Origin: Bacteroidetes bacterium GWA2_32_17
Lineage (GTDB): Bacteria > Bacteroidota > Bacteroidia > Bacteroidales > GWA2-32-17
NCBI GenBank assembly: GCA_001769035.1
Contig: MENF01000106.1
Location: 17-64,016, forward strand
Length of the DNA: 64,000 nucleotides
Reading direction: 5' to 3'
The notes under the pieces were generated by a model, which worked only from the letters and a program-made list of their open reading frames with translations, made no database searches and was not told the origin of the DNA. Numbering within the stretch: the stretch's first letter is position 1; every line of letters starts with the position of its first letter. The position numbers and the translations under genes are program-made. Below are positions 10,465-19,871 of the stretch, one piece after another.

Positions 10465-11013
10465 CTAAATTATTTTAATTTTCAAAATGTAAAAGTAAAT
10501 ATTTTTATTAATATTTAAAAATTGATACTCTAATTTGGTTCCAGTTTTACGTGAAACATCAATTAACCCGAGACCTCCGCCCTCTTTTTCGAGAAATTCA
10601 TCGTTGTTTAAAATTAATTTATAAAGTGCTTTTAATTCATCTTTTGATAAAGAATTTATTTGATTAATTCTATCGGTTAATATCTGAATCCTATCTTTTA
10701 ATATATAATTACCAGTAATTATGTTAATAGAATTTTCAAAATAATTCATTGCAAATATACCAAACTTTATATTTTTATCTGAAATTTTTAATGCATGATG
10801 AAAAATATTCTGAATACTTTCAACAAAAACATGAATTGTAATTTTCCTTAATTCTTTCAAATTCATATTCGTATTAAAATAAATTTCTAATTTTTCTATT
10901 AATGAAGTAATTATGTCGGAAGTAACTTCTCCTCTATAAGATAACAAATTATTTCCATCAATTAAAGTATTATACCAATTCTCAACTTCAATATTATTTA
11001 TCGTTTCTGTCAC
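10465..11013 (-). CDS. SiaB-like GHKL-type protein kinase
   Basis: 182 aa. C-terminal GGGLGLIDV ATP-lid-like motif. Gene pairing with the DUF1987 protein. Confidence 0.5.
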   Translation of the reverse strand: MTETINNIEVENWYNTLIDGNNLLSYRGEVTSDIITSLIEKLEIYFNTNMNLKELRKITIHVFVESIQNIFHHALKISDKNIKFGIFAMNYFENSINIITGNYILKDRIQILTDRINQINSLSKDELKALYKLILNNDEFLEKEGGGLGLIDVSRKTGTKLEYQFLNINKNIYFYILKIKII

Positions 11014-11078
11014 TTAAAAAAAATAATTTCAAATCTAACGATTTTAATATAATAAACATCGTTTCAAAAATTAAAATT

Positions 11079-11555
11079 TTATAAATATTCGAATTTCCTT
11101 CCCGAAATTTGAGCAATGTCAATTTTTATTACGTTAATGTTATTTATTGATGGAGCAGAAAAATTAAAACTTAAATCTGAATAATTTTTCATTAAAGTTT
11201 TAAGTCCTTCAACTTTAAGGTCATAATCTGTTATAAATTGTGCTTTACCAAAAATTAAAACACTTTTATAACGCATTCGCCAACTACAAGCCATTTCTTT
11301 ATCGCGGGCAAACAATTCGTGAAAAGCATCAAACTCTATACAAACATTATTATTTTTTTCTAAAATATTTATTTTTCGTCCTTCTTTTGCACAATGTAAA
11401 AAAATTGATTTGCCATCGAATCCAAAACAAAATGCTAAAACATAAGGTTTAGCGTTGTCAACAAAACCTACATGACAAACTTTGCAATTATTTATTACTT
11501 CAAATAATTCTATTTCGAGTTTTATATCTTTAATTGCCTTATCTCGCTTATACAT
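11079..11555 (-). CDS. Pyridoxamine 5'-phosphate oxidase family (flavin-binding split-barrel) protein
   Basis: 158 aa. Pattern CHVGFVDNAKPYVLAFCFGFDG...FLHCAKEGRK is typical of the family. Confidence 0.6.
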   Translation of the reverse strand: MYKRDKAIKDIKLEIELFEVINNCKVCHVGFVDNAKPYVLAFCFGFDGKSIFLHCAKEGRKINILEKNNNVCIEFDAFHELFARDKEMACSWRMRYKSVLIFGKAQFITDYDLKVEGLKTLMKNYSDLSFNFSAPSINNINVIKIDIAQISGRKFEYL

Positions 11556-11686
11556 AATGTTATATATGTTAATGAAAGAAAATTATTATTTATAATGTTA
11601 TTCAAAGATATATTAAAACAAAAATTAATGAATATCAGAAATGGAAATTAAAATTTCACTATGTAAAAGAGTTTTTAAATGAAGTT

Positions 11687-11941
11687 TTAATTCAAATTAT
11701 TTTCATTTAATATTTTTATAGCTTCCTCCAGAATTGTAGTATCGTCAAGTAAAACAATTCCACCATCGGGTCCTTGTTCGGTATGAATGCCAATAATTTC
11801 GTTATTATCGTATTTTGTTCCGCCAAAATAATTACGAACTGTATCTAAATTAATATTTAAAGAATCTGCAATAGCTTGCATACTTCCATCGGGCAATTTA
11901 TCTTTTATTCTTCGTAACTCATTAAAAGTAATTGTTTTCAT
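11687..11941 (-). CDS. Small hypothetical protein, possibly DNA-binding
   Basis: 84-aa ORF. Weak HTH-like segment MQAIADSLNINLDTVRNYF. Confidence 0.3.
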   Translation of the reverse strand: MKTITFNELRRIKDKLPDGSMQAIADSLNINLDTVRNYFGGTKYDNNEIIGIHTEQGPDGGIVLLDDTTILEEAIKILNENNLN

Positions 11942-12411
11942 TTGTTTATATTTTTAAGTTTATTGTTCTTTACGAAATACGAATTATACGAATGTACGAA
12001 TAAAATATTGTTTTATTGTTTAAAAAAGTTCAAAAAGTTCATTGTTCTACGTTCACTGCCGACTGCCTACTGTTTACTATTCACTGTTTATTGTTCATTG
12101 TTTATTGTTTATTGTTCACCGTTTCTACCAATCTTATCTTCCCAATCTTGTTTTCTCAATCTCACCCCTTAACCTCAACCTTAAAAATAATCATTCCCTT
12201 GTGTGTCTTTTTTTGTCGTGGATGTTTCATCTTTTTTATTTTACACGTTATTAAGTTCTATGTTCGTGGATATGTTAATAGAAGTCCCGCCTGAGCGGGA
12301 GAACTATAAACATAGAACCATTCACCCCGTAGGATAATCCTATTGAACAACGGAGTAAAAATAAAAACAAATATCCAACGGGGTAAACTTTTTATTAAAC
12401 TTCTCACTTTG

Positions 12412-14571
12412 TTATTCTTCATCTTTAGATTGTGCTTCGTATTCTTTTAGTAATTGAGTTTGAAGTTCGCCGGGAACCTGAGAATATTCGGCATATTTCA
12501 TTGTATAAATAGCTCTGCCGCTTGTAATTGAACTTAATGCAGTTGAATATTTACTCATTTCGGCTAAAGGAACTTTTGCTTTAATAACTTCGAAACCTTT
12601 TTCGCTGCTCATTCCTTGCACAATTGCTCTACGTGTTTGAAGGTCGCTCATAACATCACCCATTTTTTCGCTCGGTACCCAAACTTCAACATCATAAATT
12701 GGTTCGAGAATACGTGGACCTGCGTTTTTAAAAGCTTCTTTAAAAGCATTTCTTCCGGCTAAACGGAAAGATATTTCATTTGAATCAACCGGGTGCATTT
12801 TTCCATCATATACAGCAACCCTGATATCACGTGCATAAGAGCCGGTTAATGGACCTTCTTCCATTTTTTCCATTATACCTTTTAATATAGCAGGTAAAAA
12901 ACGAGCATCAATAGAACCACCAACAATACAATTCAAATAAATTAATTTTCCACCCCATGCTAATTCAACTTCTTCTTTACCACGAACAGAAATATTAATT
13001 TCTTTAGTGCCAAATTTATATTTTGTTGGATTTGGCATTCCTTCTGTGTAAGGTTCAACAACAATGTGCACTTCACCAAACTGACCGGCACCGCCACTTT
13101 GCTTTTTATGACGATAATCGGCTTGTGCCGATTTTGTTATAGTTTCACGATATGGAATTTTTGGAGCAACAAATTCTGTTGCGATTTTGTAAATATTATC
13201 TAAATGCCATTTTAAAATATTCAGATGGTACTCACCTTGCCCCGAAATAATTATTTGTTTTAATTCTTTTGAATATTCAATAAGTATTGTTGGGTCTTCG
13301 ATGTGCATTCTGTTTAATGCTTCGCCAAGTTTTTCATCATCATTCTCGCTTTGTGCTTTAATTGCAGTTCTGTAACGAGGATTTGAGAAATGAATTGGTT
13401 CTATTTGAACATCATTATTTGCTAAAGCTAATGTATGATTAAATTTTGTGTTTTTAAGTTTTACAGTAGCTCCAATATCGCCTGTACAAATTTTTTCGAT
13501 TTTATTTCGTGTTTTTCCGGCAACTACTAATAATTGAGAAATTCTTTCTTTAGTATTATTAAAATTATTTACTACGTCAGTATTTTCGGTAAGTGTTCCT
13601 GATATTACTTTAAAATAATTTATTTCGCCAATATGCTGTTCTATTGATGTTTTAAAAACAAATAGCACTAATGGAGCTTTTGGGTCAATTTTAATTTCAT
13701 TTCCTTCAATTGTTTTGGGAGATGTTACATCAATTGGAGATGGGCAACTTGTACCAATAAATTCCATTAACCTTGCAATTCCATAATTTTTTTTGGCTGA
13801 TGTGCAAAAAATCGGATATAATGAACGTTTTGCTATTCCAAGTTTTATTCCGCGTGCAATTTCAGCTTCTTCTAAAGTTCCTGTATCGAAAAATTTTTCC
13901 ATCAGCGATTCTTCGTTTTCGGCAGCAGCTTCAATTAGTTTGTTTTTTAATTCTTCGGCTTGTGCTATATGTTCAGCAGGTATATCTAAAAGTTCGGCTT
14001 TACCACTATCGCCCGAATATTTTAACATTTTCATTTTTAAAACATCAATCAGAGAATTAAATCCTGCTCCGGTTGCAACGGGAAACTGAACTAAAGTAGC
14101 TTTGTTTCCAAAAAACGATTTTATTCCTTCTACAGTTTGTTCGAAATTTGCTTTATCGTGGTCGAGTTGATTAATAACAAGAGTTAAAGGTTTCGCCATA
14201 TTTTCGACATAACGTGATTGTATTTGAGTCCCAACTTCAATACCATTTTGTGCATTTATTGACATTACAGCCATATCGGCAACTTTAAAAGACGAGAAAA
14301 TTGCGTTATTAAAATCGTCGAAGCCAGGTGTATCTAAAATATTTATTTTTTTATCGAGATATTCTGTTTGAAGTAGTGAAGAAAAAATTGAACATCCATT
14401 ATTTTGTTCAATATCCGAATAATCGGAAACTGTATTTTTGTTTCCTACATCACCTTTGCGGGTTATTGTTCCACCTTCAAAAAGCATTGCTTCGCCAATG
14501 GTTGTTTTACCCGATGATGAATTACCAATTAAAACTATATTACGGATTTGCTCGGTTTGATATACTTTCAT
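12412..14571 (-). CDS. Elongation factor G family GTPase (EF-G paralog)
   Basis: G1 GNSSSGKTT, G3 DTPGFDDF, five-domain length (719 aa). Confidence 0.85.
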   Translation of the reverse strand: MKVYQTEQIRNIVLIGNSSSGKTTIGEAMLFEGGTITRKGDVGNKNTVSDYSDIEQNNGCSIFSSLLQTEYLDKKINILDTPGFDDFNNAIFSSFKVADMAVMSINAQNGIEVGTQIQSRYVENMAKPLTLVINQLDHDKANFEQTVEGIKSFFGNKATLVQFPVATGAGFNSLIDVLKMKMLKYSGDSGKAELLDIPAEHIAQAEELKNKLIEAAAENEESLMEKFFDTGTLEEAEIARGIKLGIAKRSLYPIFCTSAKKNYGIARLMEFIGTSCPSPIDVTSPKTIEGNEIKIDPKAPLVLFVFKTSIEQHIGEINYFKVISGTLTENTDVVNNFNNTKERISQLLVVAGKTRNKIEKICTGDIGATVKLKNTKFNHTLALANNDVQIEPIHFSNPRYRTAIKAQSENDDEKLGEALNRMHIEDPTILIEYSKELKQIIISGQGEYHLNILKWHLDNIYKIATEFVAPKIPYRETITKSAQADYRHKKQSGGAGQFGEVHIVVEPYTEGMPNPTKYKFGTKEINISVRGKEEVELAWGGKLIYLNCIVGGSIDARFLPAILKGIMEKMEEGPLTGSYARDIRVAVYDGKMHPVDSNEISFRLAGRNAFKEAFKNAGPRILEPIYDVEVWVPSEKMGDVMSDLQTRRAIVQGMSSEKGFEVIKAKVPLAEMSKYSTALSSITSGRAIYTMKYAEYSQVPGELQTQLLKEYEAQSKDEE

Positions 14572-14966
14572 TTTACAAAATTTTAAATAATTTTATCTTT
14601 TAAAAAGGTTACAAACCTAATCGAAATTTACAAATTATACAAAATTAATCTGATATTTTAAAAAAATTGTTAAGTTTGGGTTATTTATTGAAAAGAAAAT
14701 TAACCACAAAGGACACAAAGAAAATAAAAGAATATCGAATATTGAATATCGAATGATGAATGATGAAGTAAAAAAATATTGTAAGCAAATAAAATATTTG
14801 TTAATTGTTTGAATAATTGATTTATACTGATACGGAACAAAAATATAAAAAATCTATCACGCCCAGAAGTTTCGCATACACGTCAAGCTAAAAAATAGTT
14901 TTTTGCTGAAAAACCTTATCACACAAGAAATTAAACCCTCATGGGGTTTAAAAAATCAAAAATCGT

Positions 14967-15208
14967 TAATCATGCGAATTAAGGGTTGAATTTTTTTTTC
15001 GTTCCGTTAGGAACGGTATATTGGTAGAAAATATAATTTAATCCAAATTATAGTTCCGTAGGAACGAAATAATTTAAAATATATCATACCTACGGCATTT
15101 GTATGGAGGATGTTATTTGTTTCTACCAATATGTTGTCCCTACGGGACTTTTAGATTCTATCCCGAAGTTTCGTAGCTACCGGTTTTAACCCTTAATTCG
15201 CATTAATC
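14967..15208. repeat. MITE-like element with ~20-bp terminal inverted repeats and nested hairpins
   Basis: gcgaattaagggtt (14974-14987) against aacccttaattcgc (15188-15201). Internal ttggtagaaa/tttctaccaa plus three 5-bp hairpins. Confidence 0.5.
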
Positions 15209-15591
15209 ATTATTGATTATAAAAAAACACCGAATAACTGCCTGTCCCGCCAAAGCGGGAAACATTGAACATCGAATGATGAAGTAAAAAACCCGCTATG
15301 ATGTTAAACAAGAAAATTTCAACTCAAAATATTTTATAGTTGAAGAATGGAATGGTTCGTGGAGACACGAACCAAGGAGTGAATAATTCAGGATTACAAA
15401 TCCTGAATAGCGGGGATATCTACGATTGAAAGGTTACAGCAATTAAAATATCGTGCTTCAAATGAATAACCCCGACATTTATGTCGGGGGTTTGAATGCT
15501 TCGTCTGATACGAGCTTTAGCCCTGATATTCAATCCTTAACTTGACACTCATGCGAAGTTTCGGGAACTTCGGGTTAGATTTGTTATCCGT

Positions 15592-15708
15592 GTTAAGTTG
15601 CTTATACCGATTTAATGTTGGATTTGGCAGGCTTTTACTTGCAGTCATTGTCAAACCACTAAAATGATTGATATTTGTTATTCGTGTCAAGTTGCCCATA
15701 ACAGTGTG
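15592..15708 (-). repeat. attC-like element, degenerate copy (deletion relative to 18094-18227)
   Basis: Aligns to 18107-18227 but lacks about 20 nt, including the inverse-core region. Abuts the stop codon at 15709. Confidence 0.4.
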
Positions 15709-17133
15709 TCAATTACCTATGATTACTAATTTGTCTACTGATAATATTTTATTACCTTCTGTTAAACGATAAAAATACAGTCCGCTTGGAAGATTGTCCC
15801 GGAACAGAGTTATTGTCTGCCCCGTAATATTTTTAATTTTCTTTACTGACTGCCCAAAACAGTTATACACGGTGAAAGTGGCGTTCTTTAAAAGATTGTC
15901 TGTCCGCAAAACTGTTTGCGTATAGAAAGGATTGGGAGAAATAGTAAAATGATTTTCTATTTTATCCTCATTAATGTCTGTGAGAAGTCCTAATTTAAAA
16001 GCAGTGCCCAGAATATTTAAGCCATCGCCATAACTTGCCAATCCATAAAGAAAATTGCCATCAGAAATAAGAGAACCTATAGGACTGCCTCCATCTGTGT
16101 TACTGTTGAAATCATACATCTTTGAAAAAACATTTCCATCGGTTTTTATTTTAAAGATTGTTCCTGCTCCGTTATTAATTCCACCACTCATAGTAGTCCC
16201 ATATAAATAAGTTCCATCAGAAATAAGAGAACCATATGGATATGCTCCATCTGAATAGCCCATGTTAAAAATGATTGAATATCCTGTACCATCTCGTTTT
16301 ATTCTAAAAATTGCTCCAGAATTATTTTGACCTCCAGCGATTGTCGTTCCATAGAGAAAAATGCTGTCAGTAATAAGTGACCCTAGAGGATTATGTGCGT
16401 CAGTAACAGATGCAAAATCGTATAGTTTAGAATATCCAGTCCCATCAGTAGCTATTTTAAAGATTACTCCGTACAAGGATGCACCTCCAGTATATGTAAG
16501 TCCATATAAAGAGTCGCCATCAAGTAGAAGGTCTCCATGAGGATTCGCTCCTAAAACTTGATTGAAATTATTCAAAACAGAATATCCTGTTCCGTCAAGA
16601 TTTATCTTAAAAATTACTCCATTATTGTTCGTGCCACCGTTCGCTGTCATACCAAAGAGAAAATTACCATCAGAAATAAGAGAACCATGAGGATTTAACC
16701 CAATTAGTCCTGAGAAATTAAATAAAACTGTATCCCCAGTTCCATCTGGTTTTATTTTAAAAATAACCCCTCCATTATTTGTGCCACCGTTTTCTGTCAT
16801 TCCGTAAAGAAAAGTTCCATCGTAAAAAAGAGAACCGTCAGGATTACTTCCATTTGTTGCACCCGCAAAATCTAAAAGTTTAACATATCCACTACCATCT
16901 GTTTTAATTTTAAAGATAACTCCCTTGTTATTTGTTCCTCCTAAACTTGTCATTCCGTAAAGAAAGGTTCCGTCAGAAACAAAAGAACCAGATGGAGATG
17001 CTCCGTTTGTACCAATAAAATCAAGAAGTTTAATAAACTGTGCGTTTGCTTCTGGAGCAACTATTAAGAAGAAAGCAACTGTCAAACCGAGAAATATTTT
17101 TTTCATACTGTCAAGATGTAAAGTTTGTGTCAT
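15709..17133 (-). CDS. GloVer-type tandem-repeat protein with a T9SS C-terminal sorting domain
   Basis: Repeats of GGTNNxGVIFKIxxDGTGY...L.F... and a C-terminal SPNPFYTQTV...GLYFYRL Por tail. Confidence 0.6.
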   Translation of the reverse strand: MTQTLHLDSMKKIFLGLTVAFFLIVAPEANAQFIKLLDFIGTNGASPSGSFVSDGTFLYGMTSLGGTNNKGVIFKIKTDGSGYVKLLDFAGATNGSNPDGSLFYDGTFLYGMTENGGTNNGGVIFKIKPDGTGDTVLFNFSGLIGLNPHGSLISDGNFLFGMTANGGTNNNGVIFKINLDGTGYSVLNNFNQVLGANPHGDLLLDGDSLYGLTYTGGASLYGVIFKIATDGTGYSKLYDFASVTDAHNPLGSLITDSIFLYGTTIAGGQNNSGAIFRIKRDGTGYSIIFNMGYSDGAYPYGSLISDGTYLYGTTMSGGINNGAGTIFKIKTDGNVFSKMYDFNSNTDGGSPIGSLISDGNFLYGLASYGDGLNILGTAFKLGLLTDINEDKIENHFTISPNPFYTQTVLRTDNLLKNATFTVYNCFGQSVKKIKNITGQTITLFRDNLPSGLYFYRLTEGNKILSVDKLVIIGN

Positions 17134-17167
17134 GTGTTATATAGTTTTTTTTATTTTTGGCATTATT

Positions 17168-17297
17168 GCTAACGACCAAGGCTAAGTCTTGTGCGGGATT
17201 GCGTGTTGAGTTCCTATCCACAAGTAGAAAAGTTTGGGCGGCGCAATGTCCACCTAAACCTACTGAAACCCGCATAAGACCTAGCCTTTGTTAGCGG
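17168..17297 (-). repeat. attC-like imperfect palindrome
   Basis: gctaacGACCaaggctaagtcttgtgcggg pairs with cccgcataagacctagccttTgttagc. Unequal spacers imply bulged bases. Lies between stop 17325 and start 17133. Confidence 0.55.
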
Positions 17298-17324
17298 CAT
17301 GCCCTTCTGTAATTTACAATTTGT

Positions 17325-17834
17325 TCATACTGCATTCAATATTTCATTATGTGCTTTTCTTACAATTTTGTTATAGTCAAATTGAATTATTCTCACTTTC
17401 TCCAAGTCACCCTGTTTGTTATCAAATATATTTTTAATTGCGTCCAAAAGTTCTTTTTGTTTTCCTATTAAGTCTTTAAAATTTTTCTCGGCAAACTGGG
17501 CAAAGTTTTGAATATCCCAATCTAAATATTGAAGATTAGCAATGCTTGCATTAATAGTTTTAAGCAGTTCATCTTCTTTTTGCTTCGTTTCAGATTTGTT
17601 CTTATTCTTCATATTCTGCTCAAGTTGGGATAAAGAAGTTACGATAACAGAAACATTTTCATCAAACTTAATAGCTCGAATTAAAAATGTTTCAGCCCAA
17701 CGAACTTGCCACTCTTTTTCTTGTAATAGAAACTTTTTGTTTCTTTCAATACTTTTATTAATCAATATGCCCAAAATCAAAATAATTATGGGAGTCAAGC
17801 AAGATGCAATAAGTTTTAAAATTTCAATTGTCAT
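17325..17834 (-). CDS. Hypothetical membrane-anchored coiled-coil protein (cassette ORF)
   Basis: N-terminal TM helix LIASCLTPIIILILGILI, remainder helical and charged. Confidence 0.4.
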   Translation of the reverse strand: MTIEILKLIASCLTPIIILILGILINKSIERNKKFLLQEKEWQVRWAETFLIRAIKFDENVSVIVTSLSQLEQNMKNKNKSETKQKEDELLKTINASIANLQYLDWDIQNFAQFAEKNFKDLIGKQKELLDAIKNIFDNKQGDLEKVRIIQFDYNKIVRKAHNEILNAV

Positions 17835-17888
17835 TTTTTTGTCATTAAATTATTCGACTTTCAAATTATACGCTTTGTTATTTTAGGG

Positions 17889-18092
17889 TTCTGACTAACG
17901 TTTTTATAATTACCATTATATTAATTAGTTACAATTCCTAAATCTTCATTAGTTAATGCAAATTTATCGATTTGTTTTTTAATTCTTTTAACAATTCCGA
18001 GTTTTCTTTTTTGGTCTAAAAATAAATAATTAATTTGATATGTTGTATTTCGTTAGCTTATGAAGTCAATAGTTTTGGGTATAGGGGGGATT
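17889..18092 (-). repeat. Conserved ~200-bp cassette 5' leader, copy 1
   Basis: Near-identical to 19675-19871. Begins right after the G|TT core (minus strand AATCCCCCCTATACC...). Confidence 0.85.
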
Positions 18093-18093
18093 A

Positions 18094-18227
18094 CCGCTAA
18101 CGTTGTAATGTTGGATTTGGCGGGCATTTTCTTGCAGGATGTGCCAAACCGTTAAATGTTTTATAATTTGTTGTCATTGTCAAGTTGCCCATAACTGCCC
18201 AGTTTTTACCAAACGTGTGTTACCTGC
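18094..18227 (-). repeat. attC-like imperfect palindrome
   Basis: Starts 6 nt after the stop at 18234. Outer boxes on the minus strand are GCAGGTAAC...GTTAGCGG. Same family as 54096-54224 and 60003-60134. Confidence 0.55.
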
Positions 18228-18233
18228 TGTGCT

Positions 18234-19634
18234 TTATTTTTGTTCTAAGTTACTTGGAAATTCTTCTGCAATTATTTCGTCAATTGTTTTCTGCACACCC
18301 TGTTTTTTTAATATTTCAAGAATTGCCATTGTTTCTCTATACTCCATTGCTTCTGGTAGTTTAGTGAATTCTGTATTAAATCCTATATCTTTCACTCTTT
18401 GTTCTATTTCTTCAATTGTAACATTAAAAAACTCCTTACGATTGTTAAACATGTTTACTTTCTTTTCAGCAAATGCTTTGTGTAATTCATTTTCAAGTGT
18501 TGGTGCTTCTTCTGAAAACATCATTGCATGAATATCAAATTGAAATGGAACGGAAGCGTCACCTAATTCTTTTATTCTTTCAGTTGGTTCTAATCTACGA
18601 GTCATACCTATTTTGAAAACATTTTCACCAAATGATCCAATATTAGATATTACATAAACATGTCCACGCTTTGTCTGTTGTGCCATAGATATTGCTCTTT
18701 CTTTTTTCTCTTGAGCCTCTTTTAGTTCTTGTTCCAATTTGTCAATTTGAGCTTGAAGTTTTTCGTGTTTGTCGCCAGTAGTTAATTCAATTTCCTTTCG
18801 TGCTTTTTCTAATGCCTTTTGGTAAGTTGCTTCTTCTTTTTCAGCTTCCTTTTGTGCTTGTTCAAATTCTCTTCTTGCTTTCTCTTCTTCTCTTAATTCC
18901 TCTTGGGCTGCTCTTAAAACTTCTTTTTCTTGCTGCCTTTTTGATTGATATTCATATTCAAGAATTAATTCATTTCTTTTCAAATCAAGATATGGCCTAG
19001 TAATATATACATTAAATCCTTCACCTAACTTATTAATTGAAATAAATAATTTTTGCATTCGTTCTCTCATTTGATTAATGTTATTCCACTTTACTTTTGC
19101 AATTAAAACATCGCATTCTCCATTAAATGCTCTTAACATTAATTTTTTATATCTATTTACTACAGCTCTTCCTTTAGCTTCACTATCACCAACAGTCCAA
19201 TTAGTGTCACAAATTGCTGCTTGATCAGAACTAATCATAGTTTTTTGCAAGTCAATAACATGAGCTTGCTCATACCTGTATTGGTCAGAACGCTCAAAAT
19301 CATAAACAGGTTCATAAATACCATACTCAATTAAGTCAAGTTTACTTTCAAATAAACCTACCTCTTTTCTAAGTTTAGTATATGTTTCAAATGCATTTTG
19401 ATAGTCAGTCTTAATTTTATTGAAGTTGTCTTCAATTATTTTTATTTCTGAATACTTATTGTTTATTGTTGAATTAAGTTCGGTTTCCTTTGTTGAAATT
19501 AATTCTTGTAATTGATTATTTTTATTTACTATTTCGTTTTCAATATCAGATATTGGTTTGTAACGGTCAAGTTGTTTTTTGAGTTCGTTAATTTCTTCAA
19601 TTTCCTTTTTCTTTAAAAAGTCAAAAAGTCCCAT
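18234..19634 (-). CDS. DUF4041-like coiled-coil protein with a C-terminal T5orf172 (GIY-YIG-superfamily-like) domain
   Basis: C-terminal GHVYVISN...FKIGMTRRLEPTERIKELGDASVPFQFDIHAMMF...LENELHKAF...EFF matches the T5orf172 pattern from memory. Long E/K-rich coiled coil in the middle. Confidence 0.55.
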   Translation of the reverse strand: MGLFDFLKKKEIEEINELKKQLDRYKPISDIENEIVNKNNQLQELISTKETELNSTINNKYSEIKIIEDNFNKIKTDYQNAFETYTKLRKEVGLFESKLDLIEYGIYEPVYDFERSDQYRYEQAHVIDLQKTMISSDQAAICDTNWTVGDSEAKGRAVVNRYKKLMLRAFNGECDVLIAKVKWNNINQMRERMQKLFISINKLGEGFNVYITRPYLDLKRNELILEYEYQSKRQQEKEVLRAAQEELREEEKARREFEQAQKEAEKEEATYQKALEKARKEIELTTGDKHEKLQAQIDKLEQELKEAQEKKERAISMAQQTKRGHVYVISNIGSFGENVFKIGMTRRLEPTERIKELGDASVPFQFDIHAMMFSEEAPTLENELHKAFAEKKVNMFNNRKEFFNVTIEEIEQRVKDIGFNTEFTKLPEAMEYRETMAILEILKKQGVQKTIDEIIAEEFPSNLEQK

Positions 19635-19674
19635 ATTATGTTATTTTAGGTTGTAATTGTTTTTTTGTAAGCAT

Positions 19675-19871
19675 TCTGACTAACGTTTTTATAATTACCA
19701 GTAAATTAATTAGTTGCAATTCCTAAATCTTCATTAGTTAATGCAAATTTATCGATTTGTTTTTTAATTCTTTTAACAATTCCGAGTTTTCTTTTTTTAT
19801 CTAAAAATAAATAATTTGATATGTCGTATTTCGTTAGCTTAAGAAGTCAATGGCTCGGTATAGGGGGGATT
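19675..19871 (-). repeat. Conserved ~200-bp cassette 5' leader, copy 2
   Basis: Near-identical to 17889-18092. Confidence 0.85.

Noticed and set aside
11942-12294. Three overlapping + strand ORFs (76, 92 and 70 aa)
   Set aside because: They lie entirely in low-complexity heptamer/CAATCT-type repeats, overlap each other in all frames and have repeat-driven L/F/S/C-rich products.
13773-14089. Antisense ORFs inside long genes (also 24290-24541, 31123-31398, 37792-38107, 44544-44735, 58496-58735 and others)
   Set aside because: They are embedded antisense in, or overlap out of frame with, genes that have clear family motifs. Their products are low-complexity and they have no independent support.
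15517-15699. 60-aa minus-strand ORF
   Set aside because: It falls inside the degenerate attC-like repeat downstream of the T9SS gene.
18139-18531. 130-aa + strand ORF
   Set aside because: It starts in the attC-like repeat and runs antisense to the well-supported T5orf172-domain gene.
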